32,000 nucleotides of DNA from Mycobacterium tuberculosis H37Rv (GTDB lineage Bacteria > Actinomycetota > Actinomycetes > Mycobacteriales > Mycobacteriaceae). Below, one piece after another: positions 17,678 to 26,300 of the stretch. Each line of letters begins with the position of its first letter. Position 1 is the first letter of the stretch. Below the pieces are notes generated by a model, which did no database searches, was not told the origin of the DNA, and saw nothing but the letters and a program-made list of their open reading frames with translations. A program made the translations under genes and the position numbers. The stretch covers positions 240,001 through 272,000 of the forward strand of contig NC_000962.3 in assembly GCF_000195955.2 (NCBI RefSeq), given 5' to 3'.

Positions 17678-17718
17678 CCGATGCTGCCGGGGGCCCGACC
17701 TGTCCACCCAGACACCGG

Positions 17719-17787
17719 CTATATCCCGCCCCGGGCCACCAGTTGTCCGGCTATCACGTTGCGCTGGATCTCGTTGGTGCCTTCACC
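17719..17787 (-). pseudogene. Out-of-frame remnant of the acyl-CoA dehydrogenase C-terminus, displaced from fadE3
   Basis: The minus strand reads GGT GAA GGC ACC AAC GAG ATC CAG CGC AAC GTG ATA GCC GGA CAA CTG GTG GCC CGG GGC GGG ATA TAG. This translates to GEGTNEIQRNVIAGQLVARGGI*, the conserved ACAD tail. It is one nucleotide out of frame with fadE3 and overlaps the fadE3 stop. Confidence 0.6.
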
Positions 17788-18856
17788 GCCGTTCCACGTC
17801 GTACTCGGTCGAGTAGCCGTAGCCGCCGTGGATACGCACGGCGTTTAGGGCGATTTCCATCGCGACCTCGGAGGCGAACAACTTGGCCATCCCGGCCTCC
17901 ATATCGCAGCGTTGGCCGCTGTCGTACCGCTCGGCGGCATAGCGGGTCAGCTGACGGGCCGCTGTGAGCTTGGTCGCCATGTCGGCCAGGTAATTGCCGA
18001 CCGCCTGATGCTGCCAGATCGGTCGGCCAAAGCTTTCCCGTTGCTGAGCGTAGGCCAGCGAGTCCTCGAGTGCCGCCGTCGCCACGCCCAGCGCCCGCGC
18101 GGCCACTTGGATGCGACCCGTTTCAAGTCCCTTCATCATCTGCGAAAAGCCTTGACCCATGGCTCCGCCCAGGATCGCCGAGACCGGCACCCGGAGGTTG
18201 TCGAACGACAGCTCGCAGGATTCGACGCCCTTGTAACCCAACTTCGGCAAGTCCCGCGACACCGTGAGTCCCGGCCCGGGTTCGACGAGCACGATCGACA
18301 TGCCTTGGTGCCGCGGTGTGGCGTTCGGGTCGGTCTTGCACAGCACCGCGAAAAGTCCGGACCGGCGGGCGTTGCTGATCCACGTCTTGCAGCCGTTGAT
18401 CAACAACCCGGCAGAGCCTTCAGGGCCGTCGGCCAACGCCGTGGTCGACATGTTCTGCAGATCCGAGCCACCGCCGGGCTCGGTTAGCGCCATGGTGGCC
18501 CGCAGCTCGCCACTGGCCATCGGGGGCAGATATGTCCGCCGCTGTTCCTCGGTGCCAAACAGGGTCAGCAATTTGGCGACGACGGTGTGCCCGCCCATCG
18601 CGCCGGCCAGGCTCATCCAGCCGCGTGCCAGCTCCTGGGTGACTTGCACATAGCACGGCATCGACACCGGCGACCCGCCGTACTGTTCGTCGATCGCCAG
18701 GCCGTAGATGCCGATGTGTTTCATCTGCTCGATCCACGCCTCCGGGTAGCTATTGGCATGCTCGACCTCACGGACGGTTGGCTTCACGTCTCGGTCGATG
18801 AATGCCCGCACGGTGGCGACCAGCATCGCTTCGTCGTCGTTGAGCTCGTTGCGCAC
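17783..18856 (-). CDS. fadE3: Acyl-CoA dehydrogenase FadE3 (Rv0215c, 357 aa), apparently C-terminally truncated
   Basis: ACAD family similarity throughout. GTG 18856 is preceded by GGAGGG (9-nt spacer). The ORF ends ...GGYGYSTEYDVERR*, short of the usual ACAD C-terminus. Confidence 0.85.
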   Translation of the reverse strand: MRNELNDDEAMLVATVRAFIDRDVKPTVREVEHANSYPEAWIEQMKHIGIYGLAIDEQYGGSPVSMPCYVQVTQELARGWMSLAGAMGGHTVVAKLLTLFGTEEQRRTYLPPMASGELRATMALTEPGGGSDLQNMSTTALADGPEGSAGLLINGCKTWISNARRSGLFAVLCKTDPNATPRHQGMSIVLVEPGPGLTVSRDLPKLGYKGVESCELSFDNLRVPVSAILGGAMGQGFSQMMKGLETGRIQVAARALGVATAALEDSLAYAQQRESFGRPIWQHQAVGNYLADMATKLTAARQLTRYAAERYDSGQRCDMEAGMAKLFASEVAMEIALNAVRIHGGYGYSTEYDVERR

Positions 18857-18912
18857 CTTTTGTCGCCCTCCGTATTGACCCCCTGTCCGATAGCCTGCCA
18901 GCATGTGGCGTT

Positions 18913-19926
18913 GTGGCTAGCGGGTATGGGGGCATCCGCGTCGGCGGGCCCTATTTCGATGACCTGTCAAAAGGTCAGGTGTTCGACTGGGCGCCGGGGG
19001 TCACACTGTCGCTGGGGCTGGCGGCCGCCCATCAGTCGATCGTGGGTAACCGGCTACGCCTGGCTCTGGACTCCGACCTGTGTGCGGCGGTGACGGGTAT
19101 GCCGGGGCCGCTGGCGCATCCGGGCCTGGTTTGCGATGTGGCGATCGGCCAGTCAACTTTGGCGACTCAGCGGGTCAAAGCCAACCTGTTCTACCGCGGG
19201 CTCAGGTTTCACCGATTTCCGGCAGTGGGCGACACCCTCTACACCCGTACCGAGGTGGTGGGGCTGCGAGCCAACTCGCCCAAACCGGGCCGTGCGCCAA
19301 CCGGATTGGCGGGGCTGCGGATGACCACGATCGACCGGACCGATCGGTTGGTGCTCGATTTCTACCGGTGCGCCATGCTGCCCGCCAGCCCCGATTGGAA
19401 ACCCGGCGCTGTGCCAGGTGACGACTTGTCCAGGATCGGTGCCGACGCGCCGGCGCCGGCCGCCGATCCAACCGCACACTGGGACGGTGCGGTTTTCCGA
19501 AAGCGGGTTCCCGGGCCGCACTTCGATGCCGGTATTGCCGGTGCGGTGTTGCATAGCACCGCAGACCTGGTCAGTGGAGCGCCGGAGCTGGCTCGGCTCA
19601 CCCTCAATATCGCTGCTACGCACCATGATTGGCGGGTCAGCGGACGACGGCTGGTCTACGGCGGGCATACCATCGGACTGGCACTCGCGCAGGCAACCCG
19701 GCTATTGCCTAACCTGGCGACCGTCCTGGACTGGGAATCCTGCGACCACACCGCTCCGGTACACGAGGGCGACACCCTCTACAGCGAGCTGCATATCGAG
19801 TCTGCGCAGGCCCACGCAGACGGGGGTGTGCTGGGACTGCGGTCACTGGTCTACGCGGTCAGCGATTCGGCGAGTGAGCCCGATCGGCAGGTGCTCGACT
19901 GGCGTTTTAGCGCCTTGCAATTCTAG
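18913..19926 (+). CDS. Rv0216, double hotdog-fold (R)-enoyl-CoA hydratase-like protein (337 aa)
   Basis: Complete ORF from GTG 18913, recognised as Rv0216. It is divergent from fadE3 with a 56-bp spacer. Confidence 0.85.
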   Translation: MASGYGGIRVGGPYFDDLSKGQVFDWAPGVTLSLGLAAAHQSIVGNRLRLALDSDLCAAVTGMPGPLAHPGLVCDVAIGQSTLATQRVKANLFYRGLRFHRFPAVGDTLYTRTEVVGLRANSPKPGRAPTGLAGLRMTTIDRTDRLVLDFYRCAMLPASPDWKPGAVPGDDLSRIGADAPAPAADPTAHWDGAVFRKRVPGPHFDAGIAGAVLHSTADLVSGAPELARLTLNIAATHHDWRVSGRRLVYGGHTIGLALAQATRLLPNLATVLDWESCDHTAPVHEGDTLYSELHIESAQAHADGGVLGLRSLVYAVSDSASEPDRQVLDWRFSALQF

Positions 19927-20831
19927 GTTCGGTTACTAAGGGCCAGCGCGGCACGCAAACTGTTGCACTGACTAGTGAAGAACCTTTGTGAGACCCCAAC
20001 ATTCGGGGCCACACGATCGAAACCGTGGAAGGCGCCTTCGACTACTTCTACCTGGCATGGCACCCCGGCTGCTGTCAGACGTTCGGCATAGGCCAGATCC
20101 TCGTCGTGGAGCAGGTCGTGGGTGCCGACGCCGATCCATGCCGGCGCCAGCCCTCCTAGGTCGTCACGCCGTCCCGGGACCGCGACCCGTGCGTCCGCAT
20201 CGCCAAGATATGCCCGCCAGCCGAACCGGTTGGCGCGCCCGTTCCATAGCCGGTAGTGCGGGTTGGCGGGGGCGATCGACGGCCGGTCGTCGAGCATGGG
20301 GTACACCAGCAACTGAAATGCCGGTGTGATGCCGCCACGGTCGCGGGCAAGCAGAGCCAGCGCCGCCGCGAGGCCGCCGCCGGCACTAGCGCCGCCGATT
20401 GCCACCCGCGCGGGGTCCACCGCCGGCAGGCTGGCCAGCCAGGTCAACGCCGAGTAGCAGTCGCCCAGGGCGGCAGGATACGGATTTTCCGGCGCCAGGC
20501 GGTAGTCCACCGATGCGACAGTGATGCCCAGTCTGCTGCTGAACCGGAGGCAGAGCCGATCGTCCTGTTGCGCGGTGCCCATTACGTATCCGCCGGCGTG
20601 GATCCACAGCAGCGCGGGCGCTGGTTCGTTGCTGCCGGCGGGTCGGTATAGCCGGACACCGACCCCGGATTCCAGGGTGAGCACCTCGATATCGGGGGGT
20701 GTACGGGACATTCGAAGCCCCGCGACGACGATCAATGCCCGCATGACTGGCAGGGTGCGAGGACCGACCAGCTGTCGTGGGGTGACGACGGCGATGCGAC
20801 GCAGGTCGGGGTGGACTTCGTTGCCGGACAC
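19923..20831 (-). CDS. lipW: Esterase LipW, alpha/beta-hydrolase fold-3 (HSL family) (Rv0217c, 302 aa)
   Basis: Oxyanion motif IHAGGY and nucleophile elbow GGASAGG. I start at GTG 20831 from my recollection of a 302-aa protein. The 59 upstream codons of the maximal ORF are Arg/Pro-rich and overlap Rv0218. Confidence 0.8.
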   Translation of the reverse strand: MSGNEVHPDLRRIAVVTPRQLVGPRTLPVMRALIVVAGLRMSRTPPDIEVLTLESGVGVRLYRPAGSNEPAPALLWIHAGGYVMGTAQQDDRLCLRFSSRLGITVASVDYRLAPENPYPAALGDCYSALTWLASLPAVDPARVAIGGASAGGGLAAALALLARDRGGITPAFQLLVYPMLDDRPSIAPANPHYRLWNGRANRFGWRAYLGDADARVAVPGRRDDLGGLAPAWIGVGTHDLLHDEDLAYAERLTAAGVPCQVEVVEGAFHGFDRVAPNVGVSQRFFTSQCNSLRAALALSNRT

Positions 20832-20923
20832 CGGTCCAGTATGCGTCGGCGCAATTTCGCCTCGGTACAGCGATGGCTTTGGCAGGCTGCGGTTAGTCGA
20901 ACGAGGATCGGGATGGTGGCCTG

Positions 20924-22252
20924 ATGAGTGATCCAGCAAGAGGGGCGGAAGCCGAGGATGCCTACGGTTTTCCCGCCGGGCTGTGGCGCTGGCTGCAGCG
21001 GCATCCACCGCCGGCGTTGCACCGGCTCACCCGGTTTCGCAGCCCGTTGCGTGGTCCGTGGTTGACGTCGGTGTTCGGCCTGGTGCTATTGGTGGCGTTG
21101 CCTTTCGTCATCATCACCGGGCTACTTTCTTATATCGCCTATGCGCCGCAGCTGGGCCAGGCCATCCCCGGTGACGTCGGCTGGCTGCGACTCCCCGCTT
21201 TCACCTGGCCCACCCGTCCGTCCTGGCTGTACCGGTTGACCCAGGGGCTGCATGTGGGGCTGGGGCTGGTGATCATTCCCGTGGTGCTGGCCAAGTTGTG
21301 GTCGGTGATACCGCGGCTGTTTGTGTGGCCGCCGGCGCGCTCGATTGCCCAGGTGCTCGAACGGTTGTCGGTGCTGATGCTGGTCGGTGGGATCCTGTTC
21401 CAGATCGTCACCGGCGTGCTCAACATTCAGTATGACTACATCTTCGGGTTCAGCTTCTACACCGGCCACTATTTTGGGGCTTGGGTCTTCATTGCGGGTT
21501 TCCTGTTGCATATCGTGGTCAAGATCCCCCACATGGTCACCGGGTTGCGATCGATACCGATGCGAGAAGTGTTGGGTACCAACGTGGCTGACACCCGGGC
21601 GCAGCCGTGCGATCCGGACGGGCTGGTGTCGGTCAATCCGGGCGAGGCCACGCTAAGCAGACGCGGTGCCCTGGGATTGGTCGGTGCCGGGGTGCTGCTG
21701 ATCGGGGTGCTGACGGTTGGGCAAACCCTGGGCGGGTTCACCCGCAAGGCCGCCCTGCTGCTGCCCCGGGGCCGTGTCGTGAGCCCGGGCGACTTCCCGG
21801 TCAACAAGACCGCCGCCGCCGCCGGGATCACCGCGGAGGCCATTGGCCCCGACTGGCGGCTGGTGCTGTGTGGCGGGCCTGCGGAAGTAGTGCTGGATCG
21901 CGCCACGCTGGCCGGCCTGCCGCAACGCACCGCCCGGCTGCCGCTGGCCTGCGTCGAAGGGTGGTCGGCCGTGCGCACCTGGAGCGGCGTGCCGCTGGCC
22001 GAGCTGGCGCTGCTGGCGGGCGTGCCGGCGGCGCGCTCGGCACGGGTTACATCGCTGCAGCGCGGCGGGGCGTTCGGCGAGGCGAAGCTGGCGGCAAACC
22101 AGATCGCCGACCCCGATGCGCTGCTGGCGTTGCGGGTCGACGGGGCGGATCTGTCGCTGGATCATGGCTACCCGGCCCGCATCATCGTTCCCGCACTGCC
22201 CGGTGTGCACAACACGAAATGGGTCGCTGGCATCGAATTCCACAAGAGGTGA
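20924..22252 (+). CDS. Rv0218, membrane protein: four TM helices, an internal twin-arginine motif with a fifth TM, then a sulfite-oxidase / MsrP-family molybdopterin domain (442 aa)
   Basis: Complete ORF. Mo-domain signatures LPLACVEGWSAVRTWSGVPL and HGYPARIIVPALPGVHNTKWV. Internal SRRGALGLVGAGVLLIGVL begins at 21656. Confidence 0.88.
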   Translation: MSDPARGAEAEDAYGFPAGLWRWLQRHPPPALHRLTRFRSPLRGPWLTSVFGLVLLVALPFVIITGLLSYIAYAPQLGQAIPGDVGWLRLPAFTWPTRPSWLYRLTQGLHVGLGLVIIPVVLAKLWSVIPRLFVWPPARSIAQVLERLSVLMLVGGILFQIVTGVLNIQYDYIFGFSFYTGHYFGAWVFIAGFLLHIVVKIPHMVTGLRSIPMREVLGTNVADTRAQPCDPDGLVSVNPGEATLSRRGALGLVGAGVLLIGVLTVGQTLGGFTRKAALLLPRGRVVSPGDFPVNKTAAAAGITAEAIGPDWRLVLCGGPAEVVLDRATLAGLPQRTARLPLACVEGWSAVRTWSGVPLAELALLAGVPAARSARVTSLQRGGAFGEAKLAANQIADPDALLALRVDGADLSLDHGYPARIIVPALPGVHNTKWVAGIEFHKR

Positions 22253-22253
22253 A

Positions 22254-22802
22254 ATGTTCGACATTGCAACGCGTTTCAAAAACTCCTACGGGTCAGGTCC
22301 ATTGCACCTGCTGGCGATGGTGTCTGGCTTCGCCCTGCTGGGCTACATCGTGGCCACCGCCAGGCCCTCGGCGCTGTGGAACCAGGCCACCTGGTGGCAG
22401 TCGATCGCGGTCTGGTTTGTCGCCGCCGTCGTAGCCCACGACCTGCTGTTGTACCCGCTCTACGCGCTGGCCGACCGGATCCTGGCCAGGCTAGTCGGCA
22501 GGCGCGACGTCTCGGCGCCCCGCCGCCGCCCGGAACTACCGGTACGCAACTACATTCGGATCCCGGCGCTGGCAGCCGGCTTGACGCTGCTGGTTTTCCT
22601 GCCCGGCATCATCAGACAGGGTGCGCCGACATACCTGGATGCGACCGGACAGACGCAGGAACCATTTCTGGGCAGGTGGTTGCTGCTCACCGCGGTCGCG
22701 TTCGGGATCAGCGCGGCCGCTTACGCCATTCGGCTGGTGGTGGCGCACGTGAGGCGGCGCCGAGCGGGGTGTTCGCGGGTCGACGCGATCGACGAGGAGT
22801 AG
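22254..22802 (+). CDS. Rv0219, small four-TM membrane protein of unknown function (182 aa)
   Basis: ATG 22254 lies 1 nt after the Rv0218 TGA, with AAGAGG just upstream. There are four hydrophobic segments. The maximal ORF (22116) overlaps Rv0218 out of frame. Confidence 0.8.
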   Translation: MFDIATRFKNSYGSGPLHLLAMVSGFALLGYIVATARPSALWNQATWWQSIAVWFVAAVVAHDLLLYPLYALADRILARLVGRRDVSAPRRRPELPVRNYIRIPALAAGLTLLVFLPGIIRQGAPTYLDATGQTQEPFLGRWLLLTAVAFGISAAAYAIRLVVAHVRRRRAGCSRVDAIDEE

Positions 22803-22811
22803 GCTCCCACC

Positions 22812-24023
22812 ATGAACCAGCGACGCGCCGCCGGGTCAACCGGTGTGGCCTACATCAGATGGTTGCTACGTGCCCGTCCCGCTGACTATATGCTGGCCTT
22901 GAGTGTCGCCGGGGGTTCGCTACCGGTGGTGGGTAAGCACCTCAAGCCGCTCGGCGGCGTTACTGCCATCGGCGTCTGGGGCGCCCGGCACGCATCCGAT
23001 TTCTTGTCCGCGACGGCGAAGGATTTACTGACCCCCGGTATCAACGAGGTTCGCCGTCGAGATCGTGCCAGCACGCAGGAGGTTTCCGTCGCGGCCTTAC
23101 GCGGCATCGTTTCGCCCGACGACCTTGCCGTCGAATGGCCGGCGCCGGAGCGCACGCCGCCGGTCTGCGGGGCGCTGCGCCACCGCCGTTACGTCCACCG
23201 CCGTCGCGTCCTCTACGGCGACGACCCGGCCCAGTTGCTCGACGTATGGCGCCGCAAAGATATGCCCACCAAACCCGCGCCGGTGTTGATCTTCGTCCCA
23301 GGCGGTGCCTGGGTGCACGGCAGTCGCGCCATCCAGGGGTATGCGGTGCTGTCTCGGCTGGCCGCACAGGGGTGGGTGTGCCTATCGATCGACTACCGGG
23401 TCGCACCGCATCACCGCTGGCCACGACACATCCTGGATGTCAAGACCGCCATCGCGTGGGCACGGGCCAATGTCGACAAATTCGGCGGTGACCGCAATTT
23501 CATTGCGGTGGCTGGTTGTTCGGCCGGCGGCCACTTGTCCGCGCTGGCCGGGCTCACCGCCAACGACCCGCAATATCAGGCCGAGCTGCCAGAGGGCTCC
23601 GACACGTCGGTCGACGCGGTGGTGGGGATTTACGGCCGCTACGACTGGGAGGACCGCTCCACCCCGGAACGTGCCCGGTTCGTCGATTTTCTGGAGCGGG
23701 TAGTGGTTCAGCGCACGATTGATCGTCACCCCGAAGTGTTCCGTGACGCGTCGCCGATCCAACGAGTCACCAGAAATGCACCGCCATTCCTGGTGATTCA
23801 TGGCAGCCGTGACTGTGTCATCCCGGTTGAGCAGGCGCGGAGCTTTGTCGAGCGGTTACGAGCGGTCTCCCGCTCACAGGTTGGCTACCTGGAGCTGCCC
23901 GGTGCGGGCCACGGCTTCGACCTGCTAGACGGCGCTCGCACCGGCCCGACGGCACACGCGATCGCGCTGTTTCTCAACCAGGTTCATCGCAGCCGGGCAC
24001 AGTTCGCGAAAGAGGTCATCTAA
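22812..24023 (+). CDS. lipC: Esterase LipC, HSL-family alpha/beta hydrolase (Rv0220, 403 aa)
   Basis: Motifs VPGGAWVHG and GCSAGGH. It starts 9 nt after the Rv0219 stop, with GAGGAG upstream. Confidence 0.92.
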   Translation: MNQRRAAGSTGVAYIRWLLRARPADYMLALSVAGGSLPVVGKHLKPLGGVTAIGVWGARHASDFLSATAKDLLTPGINEVRRRDRASTQEVSVAALRGIVSPDDLAVEWPAPERTPPVCGALRHRRYVHRRRVLYGDDPAQLLDVWRRKDMPTKPAPVLIFVPGGAWVHGSRAIQGYAVLSRLAAQGWVCLSIDYRVAPHHRWPRHILDVKTAIAWARANVDKFGGDRNFIAVAGCSAGGHLSALAGLTANDPQYQAELPEGSDTSVDAVVGIYGRYDWEDRSTPERARFVDFLERVVVQRTIDRHPEVFRDASPIQRVTRNAPPFLVIHGSRDCVIPVEQARSFVERLRAVSRSQVGYLELPGAGHGFDLLDGARTGPTAHAIALFLNQVHRSRAQFAKEVI

Positions 24024-24066
24024 ACGCCGGCCAATTGTATGGTCGCCCTATGAGTAGGGGGCTGCG

Positions 24067-25476
24067 GTGAAACGGCTCAGCGGCTGGGACGCGGTACTGC
24101 TTTACAGCGAGACCCCGAATGTGCACATGCACACACTCAAGGTCGCCGTGATCGAATTGGATTCGGACAGACAGGAATTCGGTGTCGACGCGTTTCGCGA
24201 GGTGATCGCTGGCCGGCTGCATAAGCTTGAGCCATTGGGCTATCAGCTGGTTGATGTCCCGTTGAAGTTCCATCACCCGATGTGGCGGGAGCACTGCCAG
24301 GTCGATCTCAACTACCACATCCGGCCGTGGCGGTTGCGCGCCCCGGGGGGTCGGCGCGAACTCGACGAGGCGGTCGGAGAAATCGCCAGCACCCCGCTGA
24401 ACCGCGACCACCCGCTGTGGGAGATGTACTTCGTTGAGGGGCTTGCCAACCACCGGATCGCGGTGGTTGCCAAAATTCACCATGCGTTGGCTGACGGTGT
24501 TGCCTCGGCAAACATGATGGCACGGGGGATGGATCTGCTGCCGGGACCGGAGGTCGGCCGCTATGTGCCTGACCCCGCTCCTACCAAGCGGCAGTTGCTG
24601 TCCGCGGCGTTCATCGACCACTTGCGCCACCTCGGCCGGATTCCTGCAACCATCCGGTACACCACGCAGGGTCTAGGCCGGGTGCGACGTAGCTCGCGCA
24701 AGCTCTCACCCGCACTGACCATGCCATTTACCCCGCCACCGACGTTCATGAATCACCGGCTCACCCCGGAGCGCAGGTTCGCCACCGCCACCCTGGCGCT
24801 GATTGACGTGAAGGCGACGGCCAAGTTGCTGGGGGCGACGATCAACGACATGGTGCTGGCCATGTCGACCGGCGCTCTGCGTACCCTGCTATTGCGCTAT
24901 GACGGCAAGGCCGAACCGCTGCTGGCGTCGGTCCCGGTGAGTTACGACTTCTCACCGGAGCGGATCTCCGGTAACCGCTTCACCGGAATGCTGGTGGCGC
25001 TGCCTGCCGACTCCGACGACCCGTTGCAGCGGGTGCGCGTCTGTCACGAAAACGCGGTCTCCGCCAAGGAGAGCCACCAGCTTTTGGGACCGGAGTTGAT
25101 CAGCCGCTGGGCGGCTTACTGGCCACCTGCCGGTGCGGAAGCCTTGTTCCGGTGGTTGTCTGAGCGCGACGGGCAGAACAAGGTACTCAACTTGAATATC
25201 TCGAATGTTCCCGGTCCGCGCGAACGCGGCCGCGTGGGGGCCGCGCTGGTCACCGAGATCTATTCGGTGGGCCCGTTGACCGCCGGTAGCGGATTGAATA
25301 TCACGGTGTGGAGTTATGTCGATCAGCTCAATATCTCGGTGTTAACCGATGGTTCCACCGTGCAGGACCCGCATGAAGTAACCGCGGGAATGATCGCGGA
25401 CTTCATCGAAATACGCCGCGCCGCTGGTCTTTCCGTGGAGTTGACAGTCGTCGAGTCCGCGATGGCGCAGGCATGA
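24067..25476 (+). CDS. Wax ester synthase / diacylglycerol acyltransferase (WS/DGAT, triacylglycerol synthase family; Rv0221, 469 aa)
   Basis: Catalytic motif HHALADG. GTG start preceded by AGGGGG (5-nt spacer). Confidence 0.92.
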   Translation: MKRLSGWDAVLLYSETPNVHMHTLKVAVIELDSDRQEFGVDAFREVIAGRLHKLEPLGYQLVDVPLKFHHPMWREHCQVDLNYHIRPWRLRAPGGRRELDEAVGEIASTPLNRDHPLWEMYFVEGLANHRIAVVAKIHHALADGVASANMMARGMDLLPGPEVGRYVPDPAPTKRQLLSAAFIDHLRHLGRIPATIRYTTQGLGRVRRSSRKLSPALTMPFTPPPTFMNHRLTPERRFATATLALIDVKATAKLLGATINDMVLAMSTGALRTLLLRYDGKAEPLLASVPVSYDFSPERISGNRFTGMLVALPADSDDPLQRVRVCHENAVSAKESHQLLGPELISRWAAYWPPAGAEALFRWLSERDGQNKVLNLNISNVPGPRERGRVGAALVTEIYSVGPLTAGSGLNITVWSYVDQLNISVLTDGSTVQDPHEVTAGMIADFIEIRRAAGLSVELTVVESAMAQA

Positions 25477-25506
25477 CACGAAACACCGGACGAGTATGAG
25501 GCCAGT

Positions 25507-26295
25507 ATGAGCAGCGAAAGCGACGCAGCCAACACCGAACCTGAGGTTCTGGTAGAACAGCGGGATCGGATTTTGATCATCACGATCAACCGCCCGAAAG
25601 CCAAGAACGCGGTCAACGCCGCAGTCAGCCGGGGCTTGGCCGATGCGATGGATCAGCTTGACGGCGATGCCGGCCTGTCGGTGGCAATCCTGACCGGTGG
25701 GGGCGGTTCGTTCTGCGCGGGCATGGACCTCAAGGCGTTCGCCCGGGGCGAGAATGTCGTCGTCGAAGGTCGCGGCCTTGGCTTTACCGAACGTCCGCCG
25801 ACCAAGCCGCTCATTGCTGCGGTGGAAGGCTACGCGTTGGCGGGTGGCACCGAGCTGGCGCTTGCTGCCGACCTGATCGTGGCGGCCAGGGATTCGGCGT
25901 TCGGGATTCCTGAAGTCAAGCGGGGTCTGGTTGCCGGCGGCGGGGGATTGCTGCGGTTGCCGGAGCGCATCCCGTATGCGATAGCCATGGAGTTGGCGCT
26001 GACCGGTGACAACCTACCGGCCGAACGCGCGCACGAGCTGGGGCTCGTCAACGTTTTGGCCGAGCCGGGGACCGCCCTCGATGCTGCGATCGCGTTGGCG
26101 GAGAAGATCACCGCCAATGGGCCGCTGGCGGTGGTGGCCACCAAGCGGATTATCACCGAGTCGCGTGGGTGGAGTCCCGACACTATGTTCGCTGAGCAGA
26201 TGAAGATCCTGGTGCCGGTGTTCACCTCCAACGACGCGAAGGAAGGTGCGATCGCGTTCGCCGAGAGGCGCCGGCCCCGTTGGACGGGCACCTAG
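25507..26295 (+). CDS. echA1: Enoyl-CoA hydratase EchA1, crotonase family (Rv0222, 262 aa)
   Basis: Crotonase blocks ILIITINRPKAKNAVN and FCAGMDLK. GAGG lies upstream of the ATG. Confidence 0.92.
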   Translation: MSSESDAANTEPEVLVEQRDRILIITINRPKAKNAVNAAVSRGLADAMDQLDGDAGLSVAILTGGGGSFCAGMDLKAFARGENVVVEGRGLGFTERPPTKPLIAAVEGYALAGGTELALAADLIVAARDSAFGIPEVKRGLVAGGGGLLRLPERIPYAIAMELALTGDNLPAERAHELGLVNVLAEPGTALDAAIALAEKITANGPLAVVATKRIITESRGWSPDTMFAEQMKILVPVFTSNDAKEGAIAFAERRRPRWTGT

Positions 26296-26300
26296 CCCAG

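Noticed and set aside
17715-17753. 8-bp direct repeat CCGGCTAT x2 in the fadD4/fadE3 gap
   Set aside because: It is too short to be significant and does not flank the inferred fadE3 deletion junction (about 17788).
20897-20902. TCGAAC, a half-site of the mycobacterial LexA SOS box, upstream of Rv0218
   Set aside because: The required partner half (GTTCGA after a 4-nt spacer) is absent; the sequence reads TCGAAC-GAGG-ATCGGG.
20832-21008. 59-codon extension of lipW, and the analogous 48-codon extension of Rv0224c (28628-28771)
   Set aside because: Both extensions are Arg/Pro-rich and overlap the divergent neighbour's coding start (Rv0218, Rv0225). For Rv0224c the shorter start also has a well-placed -10 hexamer.
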